A DNA stretch of 64,000 nucleotides from an uncultured virus (IMG/VR IMGVR_UViG_2791355488_000009). Taxonomy: Duplodnaviria > Heunggongvirae > Uroviricota > Caudoviricetes. A program made the position numbers and the translations under genes. Under the pieces are notes generated by a model. It was not told where the DNA came from and ran no database searches. It was given only the letters and a program-made list of their open reading frames with translations. The stretch is taken from the IMG/VR virus record IMGVR_UViG_2791355488_000009. The stretch is one strand, 5' to 3'. Shown here in pieces: positions 55,224-64,000 of the stretch; position 1 is the stretch's first letter; every line of letters begins with the position of its first letter.

Positions 55224-57660
55224 ATATATTGAAAACAATCTGGTCTGGAACCATGACGGGGAGTGCTATGCCTACTATGAGCTGATTCCCTACAATTACT
55301 CGTTCCTAAGTCCAGAACAGAAATTTCAGGTACATGATTCCTTTCGTCAGCTCATTGCACAAAACCGTGACGGGAAAATTCATGCCCTGCAAATCAGCAC
55401 GGAATCCAGCATACGAGCGGCGCAGGAACGCTCCAAACAGGAAGTGACAGGCAGATTAAAGGAAATTGCCTATGAAAAGATTGACCAACAGACAGAAGCC
55501 CTTGTTTCCATGATTGGAGAAAATCAGGTGGATTACCGCTTTTTTCTTGGGTTTAAGCTGCTTTTAAATGAGCAGGAAGTCACGGTGAAAAATATTGGAA
55601 AAGACATGGCAAATACTTTTTCTGATTTTGTTCATGAGGTGAACCACAAGCTCATGGGAGATTTTGTTTCCATGAGCAATGATGAAATTGGACGTTTTTC
55701 TAAAATGGAAAAACTGCTGGAAAATAAGATTTCCCGACGCTTTAAAATCCGACGCTTAAATAAAAATGATTTTGGCTATCTCATGGAGCATTTACACGGA
55801 CAGTCCGGCACAGCCTATGAGGATTACGAATATTCTCTGCCAAAGAAAAAGCTGAAAGGAAAAACGCTGGTAAAGCGGTATGACCTGATTCAGCCGACCC
55901 GTTGCCTGATAGAAGAAAATCAGCGGTATTTGAAGATTGAGCAGGAGGATTCTACCACCTATGCCGCTTATTTTACGATTAACTCCATTGTAGGGGAACT
56001 GGATTTTCCCTCTTCTGAAATCTTTTATTATCAGCAACAGCAATTTACCTTTCCCATTGACACCAGCATGAATGTGGAGATTGTGGCAAACAAAAAAGCC
56101 CTTACCACTGTCCGCAATAAGAAAAAGGAACTGAAAGACCTTGATAATCACGCATGGGAAAGTGACAGCGAAACCAGCAACAATGTGATGGAAGCCTTGG
56201 ATACAGTCAATGAACTGGAAACCAATTTAGACCAGTCAAAGGAAGCCATGTATAAGCTCTCTTATGTGATAAGGGTATCGGCTCCTGATTTGGAAGAACT
56301 GAAACGCCGCTGCAATGAGGTGAAAGATTTCTACGACGATTTAAGCGTCAAGCTGGTGCGTCCCTTTGGAGATATGCTGGGGCTACACGGCGAATTTTTT
56401 CCTGCCAGCAAACGGTACATGAATGATTATATCCAGTATGTGACCTCTGATTTTCTGGCAGGCTTGGGCTTTGGAGCTACACAAATGTTAGGTGAAAATG
56501 AGGGTATCTACGTAGGCTACAGTCTGGATACCGGAAGAAATGTGTACCTAAAGCCTGCCCTTGCCAGTCAGGGTGTCAAAGGCTCTGTTACCAATGCCCT
56601 TGCTGCCGCTTTTGTAGGCTCGCTGGGCGGTGGTAAATCCTTTTCCAATAACATGATTGTGTACTACTCTGTTCTGTTTGGAGCGCAGGCAGTCATTGTA
56701 GACCCAAAGGCAGAACGTGGGAACTGGAAAGAAACCCTGCCGGAGATTGCAGAAGAAATCAATATTGTCAATCTTACCAGCGAAGACAGGAACAAAGGAT
56801 TGCTTGACCCTTACGTCATTATGAAAAATCCAAAGGATTCGGAAAGCCTAGCCATTGATATTTTAACCTTTTTAACGGGAATTTCATCCCGTGACGGCGA
56901 ACGCTTTCCTGTCCTTAGAAAAGCCATACGTGCGGTAACAAACAGCGAAGAACGGGGATTGTTAAAAGTCATTGAGGAATTGAGGGTAGAAAATACACCT
57001 GTCAGTACCAGCATTGCTGACCATATCGAGAGCTTTACGGACTATGATTTTGCACAGCTTTTATTTTCCAATGGTGAAGTCACACAGTCCATCAGTTTGG
57101 AAAAGCAGCTGAATATTATACAGGTAGCGGATTTGGTGTTGCCGGACAAGGAAACCGGATTTGAGGAATATACGACAATGGAGCTGCTTTCCGTTGCCAT
57201 GCTTATTGTTATCAGTACCTTTGCTCTGGATTTTATCCATACTGACCGGAGCATTTTTAAGATTGTAGACCTTGACGAAGCATGGAGCTTTTTACAGGTA
57301 GCGCAGGGAAAAACACTGTCTATGAAACTGGTGCGTGCCGGACGTGCCATGAATGCAGGGGTGTATTTTGTGACCCAAAACACCGACGATTTGTTGGACG
57401 AGAAGCTGAAGAACAATCTGGGGCTTAAATTTGCATTCCGTTCCACGGATATCAATGAGATAAAGAAGACACTGACTTTTTTTGGCGTGGACGCAGAGGA
57501 CGAAAATAACCAGAAACGATTACGTAACTTGGAAAACGGTCAGTGCCTGATTAGTGATTTATATGGTCGTGTGGGTGTGATTCAGTTTCACCCGATATTT
57601 GAAGATTTGCTTCATGCCTTTGACACCCGTCCTCCGGTCAGAAAAGAGGTGGAATCATGA
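55207..57660 (+). CDS. VirB4-like ATPase (Orf16-like)
   Basis: YPIKYIENNL, GSLGGGKS, DEAW, RAGR. Confidence 0.95.
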   Translation: MTYPIKYIENNLVWNHDGECYAYYELIPYNYSFLSPEQKFQVHDSFRQLIAQNRDGKIHALQISTESSIRAAQERSKQEVTGRLKEIAYEKIDQQTEALVSMIGENQVDYRFFLGFKLLLNEQEVTVKNIGKDMANTFSDFVHEVNHKLMGDFVSMSNDEIGRFSKMEKLLENKISRRFKIRRLNKNDFGYLMEHLHGQSGTAYEDYEYSLPKKKLKGKTLVKRYDLIQPTRCLIEENQRYLKIEQEDSTTYAAYFTINSIVGELDFPSSEIFYYQQQQFTFPIDTSMNVEIVANKKALTTVRNKKKELKDLDNHAWESDSETSNNVMEALDTVNELETNLDQSKEAMYKLSYVIRVSAPDLEELKRRCNEVKDFYDDLSVKLVRPFGDMLGLHGEFFPASKRYMNDYIQYVTSDFLAGLGFGATQMLGENEGIYVGYSLDTGRNVYLKPALASQGVKGSVTNALAAAFVGSLGGGKSFSNNMIVYYSVLFGAQAVIVDPKAERGNWKETLPEIAEEINIVNLTSEDRNKGLLDPYVIMKNPKDSESLAIDILTFLTGISSRDGERFPVLRKAIRAVTNSEERGLLKVIEELRVENTPVSTSIADHIESFTDYDFAQLLFSNGEVTQSISLEKQLNIIQVADLVLPDKETGFEEYTTMELLSVAMLIVISTFALDFIHTDRSIFKIVDLDEAWSFLQVAQGKTLSMKLVRAGRAMNAGVYFVTQNTDDLLDEKLKNNLGLKFAFRSTDINEIKKTLTFFGVDAEDENNQKRLRNLENGQCLISDLYGRVGVIQFHPIFEDLLHAFDTRPPVRKEVES

Positions 57661-59972
57661 ATCAGCTTGTAACAGGCAGTGAAAAAAGAAAATGGAGCTG
57701 GCAGCGTACCGGAAAAGTGGTGATGACCGTATTTTTGATACTGGTAATCGCCCTTTTTCTTGTATCGGCATTGGGAACGGTGGCATACGCTGCTGGACTG
57801 GTGGACGATACGGTGAAAGCCGGAAATGAGTACAGCCAATACCCATTAGATAATTACCAGCTTGATTTTTATGTGGATAGCGGCTGGGACTGGCTCCCGT
57901 GGAACTGGCTGGACGGCATTGGAAAGCAGGTCATGTACGGGCTTTACGCTATTACCAATTTTATCTGGACTATCAGTCTGTATCTTTCCAATGCAACGGG
58001 CTATCTGGTGCAGGAAGCCTATTCACTGGATTTTATCTCCGATACGGCAGATTCCATTGGAAAGAACATACAGACCATTGCCGGAGTGAGCACAAGCGGA
58101 CTTTCCCCTGACGGCTTTTATAGCGGATTTTTGCTGATTCTCATTTTAATCGTGGGAATTTACGTTGCCTATACGGGACTTATCAAACGGGAAACCACCA
58201 AAGCCATTCATGCGGTGATGAATTTTGTAGTAGTGTTTGTATTGTCGGCGGCGTTTATTGCCTATGCACCGGACTATATTGGAAAAATCAATGACTTTTC
58301 CTCGGACATCAGCAACGCCAGCTTATCCTTAGGAACGAAAATTGTCATGCCGGATTCGGAAAGTAAGGGAAAAGACAGTGTTGACCTGATTCGTGATAGC
58401 CTGTTTTCCATACAGGTAAAACAGCCGTGGCTTTTATTACAGTTCGATAATTCAGACAGTGAAGCAATCGGAGAAGAACGGATTGACAGCCTGCTCTCTA
58501 CCAGCCCTGACGCAAACAACGGTAAAGACAGAGAAGAACTTGTAAAAGAAGAAATTGAAGAGAAAGACAATACAAATCTCACTATCACAAAGACCATCAA
58601 TCGCTTAGGTATGGTATTTTTCCTGTTCCTCTTTAATATCGGGATTTCGGTTTTTGTATTTTTACTGACAGGGATTCTGATTTTCTCACAGGTGCTTTTT
58701 ATTATTTATGCCATGTTCTTGCCTGTCAGTTTCTTGTTGAGTATGATACCCACCTTTGAGGGAATGACCAAACGTGCCATTACAAAGCTGTTTAATACCA
58801 TTCTCACAAGAGCAGGAATCACGCTGATTATTACCACGGCGTTTAGTATTTCCACCATGCTCTATACCCTGTCTGTGGGATATCCGTTCTTTCTGGTGGC
58901 ATTTTTGCAGATAGTGACCTTTGCCGGAATCTATTTTAAGCTGGGGGATTTAATGAGTATGTTCTCCCTGCAAAGCGGAGATTCCCAAAGTGTAGGCAGA
59001 CAGATCATGAGAAGACCCCGTATGCTCATGCAAGCTCATATGCACCGCTTGCAGCATAAGCTAGGGCGTTCCGTGGCAGCAATGGGAAAAAATCAAAATA
59101 CAGGCAAAAAGAACGGAACAAGTGCAGGTACTTCCGCTTCAAGAGCAACGCAGGCAGACCATACCAGACCGGAAAATGAAGCTGCCAGCAGACCGGAGCA
59201 ATCCTCTCTTGGGAAACGTGCCGGAGAAGTGGCAGGAAAAGTGATGGATACCAAAGACCGGATTCGGGATACCGCAGGTCAGCTAAAGGAGCAGGCAAAG
59301 GATTTACCTGTCAATGCCAGATATGCCCTTTATCATGGCAGAACGCAGGTGTCGGAGGGCATACAGGATTTTACCTCCGGCGTGACACAGACCAGAGCTG
59401 TCAGAAAGGAAGAACGGCAGGAAAAAGCCAAAAATCGGCGAAAAACCATTGCACAGCGTCGGTCAGAAATGGAACAGGCAAGGCAGCAAACAGCTTCCAA
59501 TATAGAAAAAACACCAAATGTATCTAAAGTGGGCGGCTCGGTTCATGAAAGACCTGCTACTGCCCCAGCCGGACAATCCCGTCCGATTGTTGACAGTCCG
59601 GCACAAGTGACCAGACCTACCGTACAGCCGGAACCTGCCAGAACTACTGCCCAAAGACCTGTTGTTTCTGCTAAGGGAGAACAACAAAGGCTCGATAGAG
59701 TACCCGACCATCAGACTGCACGACCAGAACAGCAGGCAGAAAGACAGATTTCTTCTGAAAGGCAGTCTACACAAAGAACTGTTTCTTTCAGTCAGAGGGA
59801 ACGTGCCTTTCCGGTAGAACGACAAACGCAATCTGGCAGCTCCCCTGCTCCTGTTCAAAAACGGGTATTACGGCAATCCGCCCCAAAACGCAGATTTACC
59901 GTGAAACGGGAACAGAAAATAAAGGGTTCTGCCATTCCTCCGACCAGCAGAAAGGAGGAACCGAAACTATGA
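57657..59972 (+). CDS. Orf15-like (VirB6-like) membrane protein with low-complexity C-terminal tail
   Basis: YPLDNYQLDFYVD, multiple TMs, QVKQPWLLLQF. Confidence 0.9.
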   Translation: MNQLVTGSEKRKWSWQRTGKVVMTVFLILVIALFLVSALGTVAYAAGLVDDTVKAGNEYSQYPLDNYQLDFYVDSGWDWLPWNWLDGIGKQVMYGLYAITNFIWTISLYLSNATGYLVQEAYSLDFISDTADSIGKNIQTIAGVSTSGLSPDGFYSGFLLILILIVGIYVAYTGLIKRETTKAIHAVMNFVVVFVLSAAFIAYAPDYIGKINDFSSDISNASLSLGTKIVMPDSESKGKDSVDLIRDSLFSIQVKQPWLLLQFDNSDSEAIGEERIDSLLSTSPDANNGKDREELVKEEIEEKDNTNLTITKTINRLGMVFFLFLFNIGISVFVFLLTGILIFSQVLFIIYAMFLPVSFLLSMIPTFEGMTKRAITKLFNTILTRAGITLIITTAFSISTMLYTLSVGYPFFLVAFLQIVTFAGIYFKLGDLMSMFSLQSGDSQSVGRQIMRRPRMLMQAHMHRLQHKLGRSVAAMGKNQNTGKKNGTSAGTSASRATQADHTRPENEAASRPEQSSLGKRAGEVAGKVMDTKDRIRDTAGQLKEQAKDLPVNARYALYHGRTQVSEGIQDFTSGVTQTRAVRKEERQEKAKNRRKTIAQRRSEMEQARQQTASNIEKTPNVSKVGGSVHERPATAPAGQSRPIVDSPAQVTRPTVQPEPARTTAQRPVVSAKGEQQRLDRVPDHQTARPEQQAERQISSERQSTQRTVSFSQRERAFPVERQTQSGSSPAPVQKRVLRQSAPKRRFTVKREQKIKGSAIPPTSRKEEPKL

Positions 59973-60967
59973 GAGGAAAGCCTATCCTGATTGCCTTTTC
60001 CGGTGTGTTCCTCTTAATTTTCTCGCTTCTTTTGCTGGTAGTGATTCTTTTTTCGGAGGAAGAAGACGGAGGACATGACCTGTCATACGGGGGTGCAAAC
60101 GTATCAGCGGAGGTGCTGGCACACAAGCCCATGTTAGAGAAGTACGCCAGAGAATACGGCATAGAAGATTATATCAATGTGCTACTCGCAATCATACAGG
60201 TAGAATCCGGCGGTACATTGGAAGACGTTATGCAGTCCTCGGAATCTATGGGCTTGCCGCCAAACACGCTAAGTGCAGAGGAATCCATCAAACAGGGGTG
60301 CAAGTATTTTGCTTCCCTGCTGGAATCCGCAAAAGCAAAGGGCTGTGACCTAAATTCCGTTATCCAGTCCTATAACTATGGTGGCGGCTTTCTTGACTAC
60401 GTGGCAAAGCGTGGGAAGAAATACACGTTCCAGCTTGCGGAGAGTTTTTCAAAAACACAGTCTGACGGTGTAAAGGTGACTTATTCCAATCCTATCGCTG
60501 TTCAGAAAAACGGCGGCTGGCGGTACGATTACGGAAATATGTTCTATGTATTGCTGGTATCAGAATACCTGACAATGCCGCAGTTTGATGATAAAACGGT
60601 ACAGGCTGTCATGACAGAAGCCCTAAAATATGAGGGCTGGCGGTATGTATACGGCGGTGCTTCTCCGACCACTTCCTTTGATTGCAGTGGTCTGGTTCAG
60701 TGGTGCTACGGGAAAGCTGGGATTTCCCTGCCACGAACCGCACAGGAGCAATACGACGTGACCCAGAATATCCCTTTATCCGAAGCAAAGGCTGGGGATT
60801 TGGTCTTTTTTCAAGGCACCTATGACGCAGGTACTTACATTACCCATGTGGGGATATATCAGGGAAACAACCGTATGTATCATGCCGGTGACCCAATCGG
60901 CTATACCGCTTTAACCAGTTCTTATTGGCAGCAACATTTGGTTGGTGCAGGAAGAATCAAACAATAG
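59969..60967 (+). CDS. Lysozyme-like + NlpC/P60 cell-wall hydrolase (Orf14-like)
   Basis: IQVESGG, DVMQSSES, YNYG; FDCSGL, HVGIY. Confidence 0.95.
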   Translation: MRGKPILIAFSGVFLLIFSLLLLVVILFSEEEDGGHDLSYGGANVSAEVLAHKPMLEKYAREYGIEDYINVLLAIIQVESGGTLEDVMQSSESMGLPPNTLSAEESIKQGCKYFASLLESAKAKGCDLNSVIQSYNYGGGFLDYVAKRGKKYTFQLAESFSKTQSDGVKVTYSNPIAVQKNGGWRYDYGNMFYVLLVSEYLTMPQFDDKTVQAVMTEALKYEGWRYVYGGASPTTSFDCSGLVQWCYGKAGISLPRTAQEQYDVTQNIPLSEAKAGDLVFFQGTYDAGTYITHVGIYQGNNRMYHAGDPIGYTALTSSYWQQHLVGAGRIKQ

Positions 60968-60983
60968 AAAGGACGATATTACT

Positions 60984-61889
60984 ATGAATTTAAGGAAAAA
61001 ACAAGGACAACCGGAGCAGGTAAAAGAGAAAAAGCTCCATGTTTACAAAGTAAATACCCACAAGAAAACGGTCATAGCCTTGTGGGTACTTTTGGCAGTT
61101 AGTTTCTGTTTTGCGGTCTATAAGAATTTCACCGCAATCGACATACACACCGTTCACGAAACAAAGGTAGTAGAGGAAAAAGTTGTGGATACCCATAAGA
61201 TAGAAAACTTTGTGGAGGATTTCGCCAAAGTTTATTATTCTTGGGAACAGATGGCAGCTTCCCTTGATAACCGGAATGACGCTATCAAGCATTACCTGAC
61301 CGCAGAATTACAGGCACTTAATACCGACACTATCCGAAAGGATATTCCGGTTTCCTCCTCTGTCAGTGATGTGCAGATTTGGTCTGTGTCACAGGACGGA
61401 GAAAACCAGTTTAAAGTGGCTTATACGATAGACCAGCTTATTACAGAGGGAGAAAACAAAAAAACGGTACGCTCTGCTTATGAAGTAGTGGTTTATGTAG
61501 ACAGCTCTGGAAATATGATTATCACAAAAAATCCCACTATTTGCAGTGTACCCGAAAAATCCGGCTATGAACCAAAAGCAAAAGAAAGTGACGGAACGGT
61601 AGACGCAGCAACAACCAATGAAATCAATGAGTTTTTAACTACATTTTTCAAGCTCTATCCTACCGCTACAGCAAAAGAGCTGTCTTATTATGTGAATGAC
61701 GGCGTATTAAAGCCAATCGGAAAAGACTATGTGTTTTCAGCGCTGATAAATCCTATCTATAACCGAAGCGGTAATCAGGTGATGGTTTCGCTGGCGGTCA
61801 AATATCTGGATAAGCAGACAAAGGCAACGCAAATATCTCAATTTGATTTGGTGCTGGAAAAGAACGAAAACTGGAAGATTGTAAAATAA
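60984..61889 (+). CDS. Orf13-like (TcpC/VirB8-like) conjugation protein
   Basis: One TM, VYKNFTAID.HT.HE, FFKLYP. Confidence 0.9.
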   Translation: MNLRKKQGQPEQVKEKKLHVYKVNTHKKTVIALWVLLAVSFCFAVYKNFTAIDIHTVHETKVVEEKVVDTHKIENFVEDFAKVYYSWEQMAASLDNRNDAIKHYLTAELQALNTDTIRKDIPVSSSVSDVQIWSVSQDGENQFKVAYTIDQLITEGENKKTVRSAYEVVVYVDSSGNMIITKNPTICSVPEKSGYEPKAKESDGTVDAATTNEINEFLTTFFKLYPTATAKELSYYVNDGVLKPIGKDYVFSALINPIYNRSGNQVMVSLAVKYLDKQTKATQISQFDLVLEKNENWKIVK

Positions 61890-61977
61890 GAAAAAGCCCG
61901 GTAGTCTGCTATTTTATAACTAGCTATTAATAGACTACCGGAACTTTCCTGTCACTATTCAATTCTGTTTGGGACAT

Positions 61978-62113
61978 TCATTCGTCCTCTGTTTCTACTT
62001 CCTTAACCTTTATCGCTCATATCCATCAAGCAGGCTGTCAAGGTGTCTGCGCTGCGTAGATTTATCTATTTGCTTATTGGGAAAAAGTATTGGTCAACGG
62101 ATACATCAAGTAG
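61978..62113 (-). pseudogene. Frameshifted 3' remnant of a Tn916 Orf9-like HTH repressor
   Basis: Minus-strand fragments LLDVSVDQYFF / NKQIDKSTQRRHLDSLLDG / MSDKG / KEVETEDE*. Confidence 0.6.
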
Positions 62114-62320
62114 CGTTCAGTACCATATCCCTCTTCTTCAATAAAGCCTGTATAAAAAGTAACAAACATATATCACTTTTTACCTTTAAAATATCAATAT
62201 CTGTGGTGTCATTATCTCGTCCCTTGACTGTGCTGACATAAAAGACTATTGCATTTCGCTCCACATATTCTATAGGGAAATCCTTATTCATTACATCAAC
62301 TTTTTTGTGATTCAAAAGTT

Positions 62321-63211
62321 CTAAAGTTTTGTTTCTGGCAATGAAAAATTATCTATAAAATATTTTATATATTTTTCCTTTGGTTTACCCTGATATGCAA
62401 TCCCATATTCTATTGTATCCTGCTCTTGTATAGGAATAGCTACTATATCTTTCCAATCGTTAGATATGCAAAATTCTGGCATAATTGCTATTCCATAACC
62501 TGCTTTTGCAAGTAAAATTCCAACTTGGTCATTTTCACATATAAAGCCTAAATGTTGTTGTGAATGAATGGTTATCTTTTCCTGTATTTTATTTTGATAT
62601 TGAAAAGGAATTAATTTGGGATGTAAAGTAATTAGACAGCTATCTTTTAAGTCGTCAAAAGTCAATTTTTTGTAGTTACTAAACGGAGAATTAGCAGGCA
62701 TAACCGCATATTTTGTAAGAACTTTTATTTTTTTAAAAGTACAATTCCTAATATCTTTAATCATCTCTTTCGTGGAAAGCATAATATCTATCTGCTTATT
62801 TATGAATAGATTTACAATCTGGGAATAATCATTGATTGAAATAACTGGATATACTCTAGGGTATTCTTGTTGCAAGCCTGATAAAATATCAGATAAACTA
62901 TTCAATTCCGCATTACTTGTACAGCCAATACGAATAAAAATAATGTTACGTGTTGCTGCTTTTTCAACATGCTTCTTAGAAATATCAATTTTCATTAATA
63001 TTTCTTTTGCATCACTATAAAAAGATATGCCGGCTTCTGTCAATTTCACCATTTTAGAAGTACGAATAAATAATTTGGTATTTAGTTCTTCTTCCAAACT
63101 TCTAATATGATGTGTGACGGTAGGGGGCGATAAATAAAGTTCCTCTGCTGCTTTAGTAAAATTTAATTTATCAGCAACATTTATAAAGCATTGCAATTGT
63201 TGTGTATTCAC
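62321..63211 (-). CDS. LysR-family transcriptional regulator
   Basis: LNFTKAAEELYLSPPTVTHHIRSLEEEL..LF.R. Confidence 0.95.
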   Translation of the reverse strand: MNTQQLQCFINVADKLNFTKAAEELYLSPPTVTHHIRSLEEELNTKLFIRTSKMVKLTEAGISFYSDAKEILMKIDISKKHVEKAATRNIIFIRIGCTSNAELNSLSDILSGLQQEYPRVYPVISINDYSQIVNLFINKQIDIMLSTKEMIKDIRNCTFKKIKVLTKYAVMPANSPFSNYKKLTFDDLKDSCLITLHPKLIPFQYQNKIQEKITIHSQQHLGFICENDQVGILLAKAGYGIAIMPEFCISNDWKDIVAIPIQEQDTIEYGIAYQGKPKEKYIKYFIDNFSLPETKL

Positions 63212-63525
63212 TTGACTTCCTCCTTTTGTCTAAGTTAATTATAAAACAGTTAATCAATCATTTCAATATATCATTAGAATTTATCTAATGGCATTACGCT
63301 TTTTGAAATTCTCATTTTTCTTTTATTATGTTAAATTGTACATGGTGCTTTTATATAGATGAATACATTTATTTAAAAATGTTACCGCTCAACACGATAA
63401 AAAGTTATTTGGAAAGAACCAGATGATAGGCAATAATGGGAGAACCATAAAGAAGAATTTATCTAATAAATTGAGTGTTTCAGATAATATTGCCTGTAAA
63501 GGATATAGAAATAAAGGAGGATATC

Positions 63526-63642
63526 ATGCGTTTTATTATTACAAGTACAGATGGAAAACATGGTGGAAGAGTTGTAGAAAATTTGCTAAAGAAAATGATT
63601 TTTCAAACGTGCCCTAGAGAAACTATCTTTAGTCCGCCATGA
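63526..63642 (+). pseudogene. Truncated NmrA/NAD(P)-binding protein N-terminus
   Basis: Strong aaaggagg SD; MRFIITSTDGKHGGRVVENLL resembles a degenerate Rossmann start; stops after 38 codons. Confidence 0.45.
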
Positions 63643-63747
63643 CCATATCTAATATTAAGAATAAGAAAGAGTCAGAAATCTGTGAATTTGAGATATAAAG
63701 AAAGTAAATAATTTTTTTAAGTAAATCACGTAAAAGGAACGATATAA

Positions 63748-64000
63748 ATGGAAATTTCATATGAGAGAAAAATAGATTTAAAGTTAATATTATCAATTAT
63801 AGCAACGGGACTGATGTCCTTTACAGGCGTAGTTGTTGAAACAGCTATGAATGTTACTTTTCCAACATTAATGGAACAATTTAACGTAGGTACCTCAACA
63901 GTACAATGGGTAACTACAGGCTATTTGCTAGTTTTAGCTATAATTATTCCAGCTTCTTCATTTTTAAAGAAACGATTTATGACTAAACATCTATTCCTGT
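63748..64000 (+). CDS. DHA2-family MFS efflux transporter (LmrB-like), partial
   Basis: MSFTGVVVETAMNVTFPTLMEQF....VQWVTTGYLL; runs off the window end. Confidence 0.85.
   Translation, partial: MEISYERKIDLKLILSIIATGLMSFTGVVVETAMNVTFPTLMEQFNVGTSTVQWVTTGYLLVLAIIIPASSFLKKRFMTKHLFL

Larger units (their letters stand above)
50050..64000 (+). mobile_element. Tn916/ICEBs1-family integrative conjugative element; continues beyond window
   Basis: orf23-22-21-oriT-20-19-ardA-17-16-15-14-13 synteny. Confidence 0.9.

Noticed and set aside
62106..62315. 69-aa minus-strand ORF downstream of LysR
   Set aside because: No recognisable family; may be junction debris
336..63617. Numerous short antisense and off-frame ORFs in the track
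   Set aside because: Shadows of real genes lacking SD and motifs; only 18158-18550 showed independent protein-like signal

Overview
Firmicutes-type accessory region made of two mobile elements in tandem. (1) Bases 1-~49.9 kb: a long-tailed (siphovirus-type) prophage resembling the rumA/rlmD-integrating triple-serine-recombinase family (phi-m46.1-like; assigned from gene content only). Its left end lies outside the window. In order it carries an LlaJI/McrBC-like restriction-modification cassette, a CGNR-zinc-finger gene divergent from a phage sigma-like gene (no recognisable CI repressor), a replication module, and a packaging region interrupted by metK and two DNA methyltransferases. These are followed by an HK97-type head, a tail with a GH18 hydrolase, holin and GH25 lysin, a displaced DNA polymerase module, three serine recombinase genes, a remnant of an aadE-type cluster, and rlmD 3'-end att scars. 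(2) ~50.1-64 kb: a Tn916-like ICE conjugation module (orf23-orf13, oriT), with LysR/MFS cargo where Tn916 has tet(M). The most striking unexplained signals are: a two-state RNA leader controlling the RBS of the phage sigma gene; a three-copy TCAGATT-N14-GGCTACTAGGTAG hairpin element heading the early operons; a nested alternative-frame gene inside the phage C5 methyltransferase; and a split carbohydrate-binding-like domain shared by three tail genes. All calls come from reading motifs by eye; no searches or folding programs were run.
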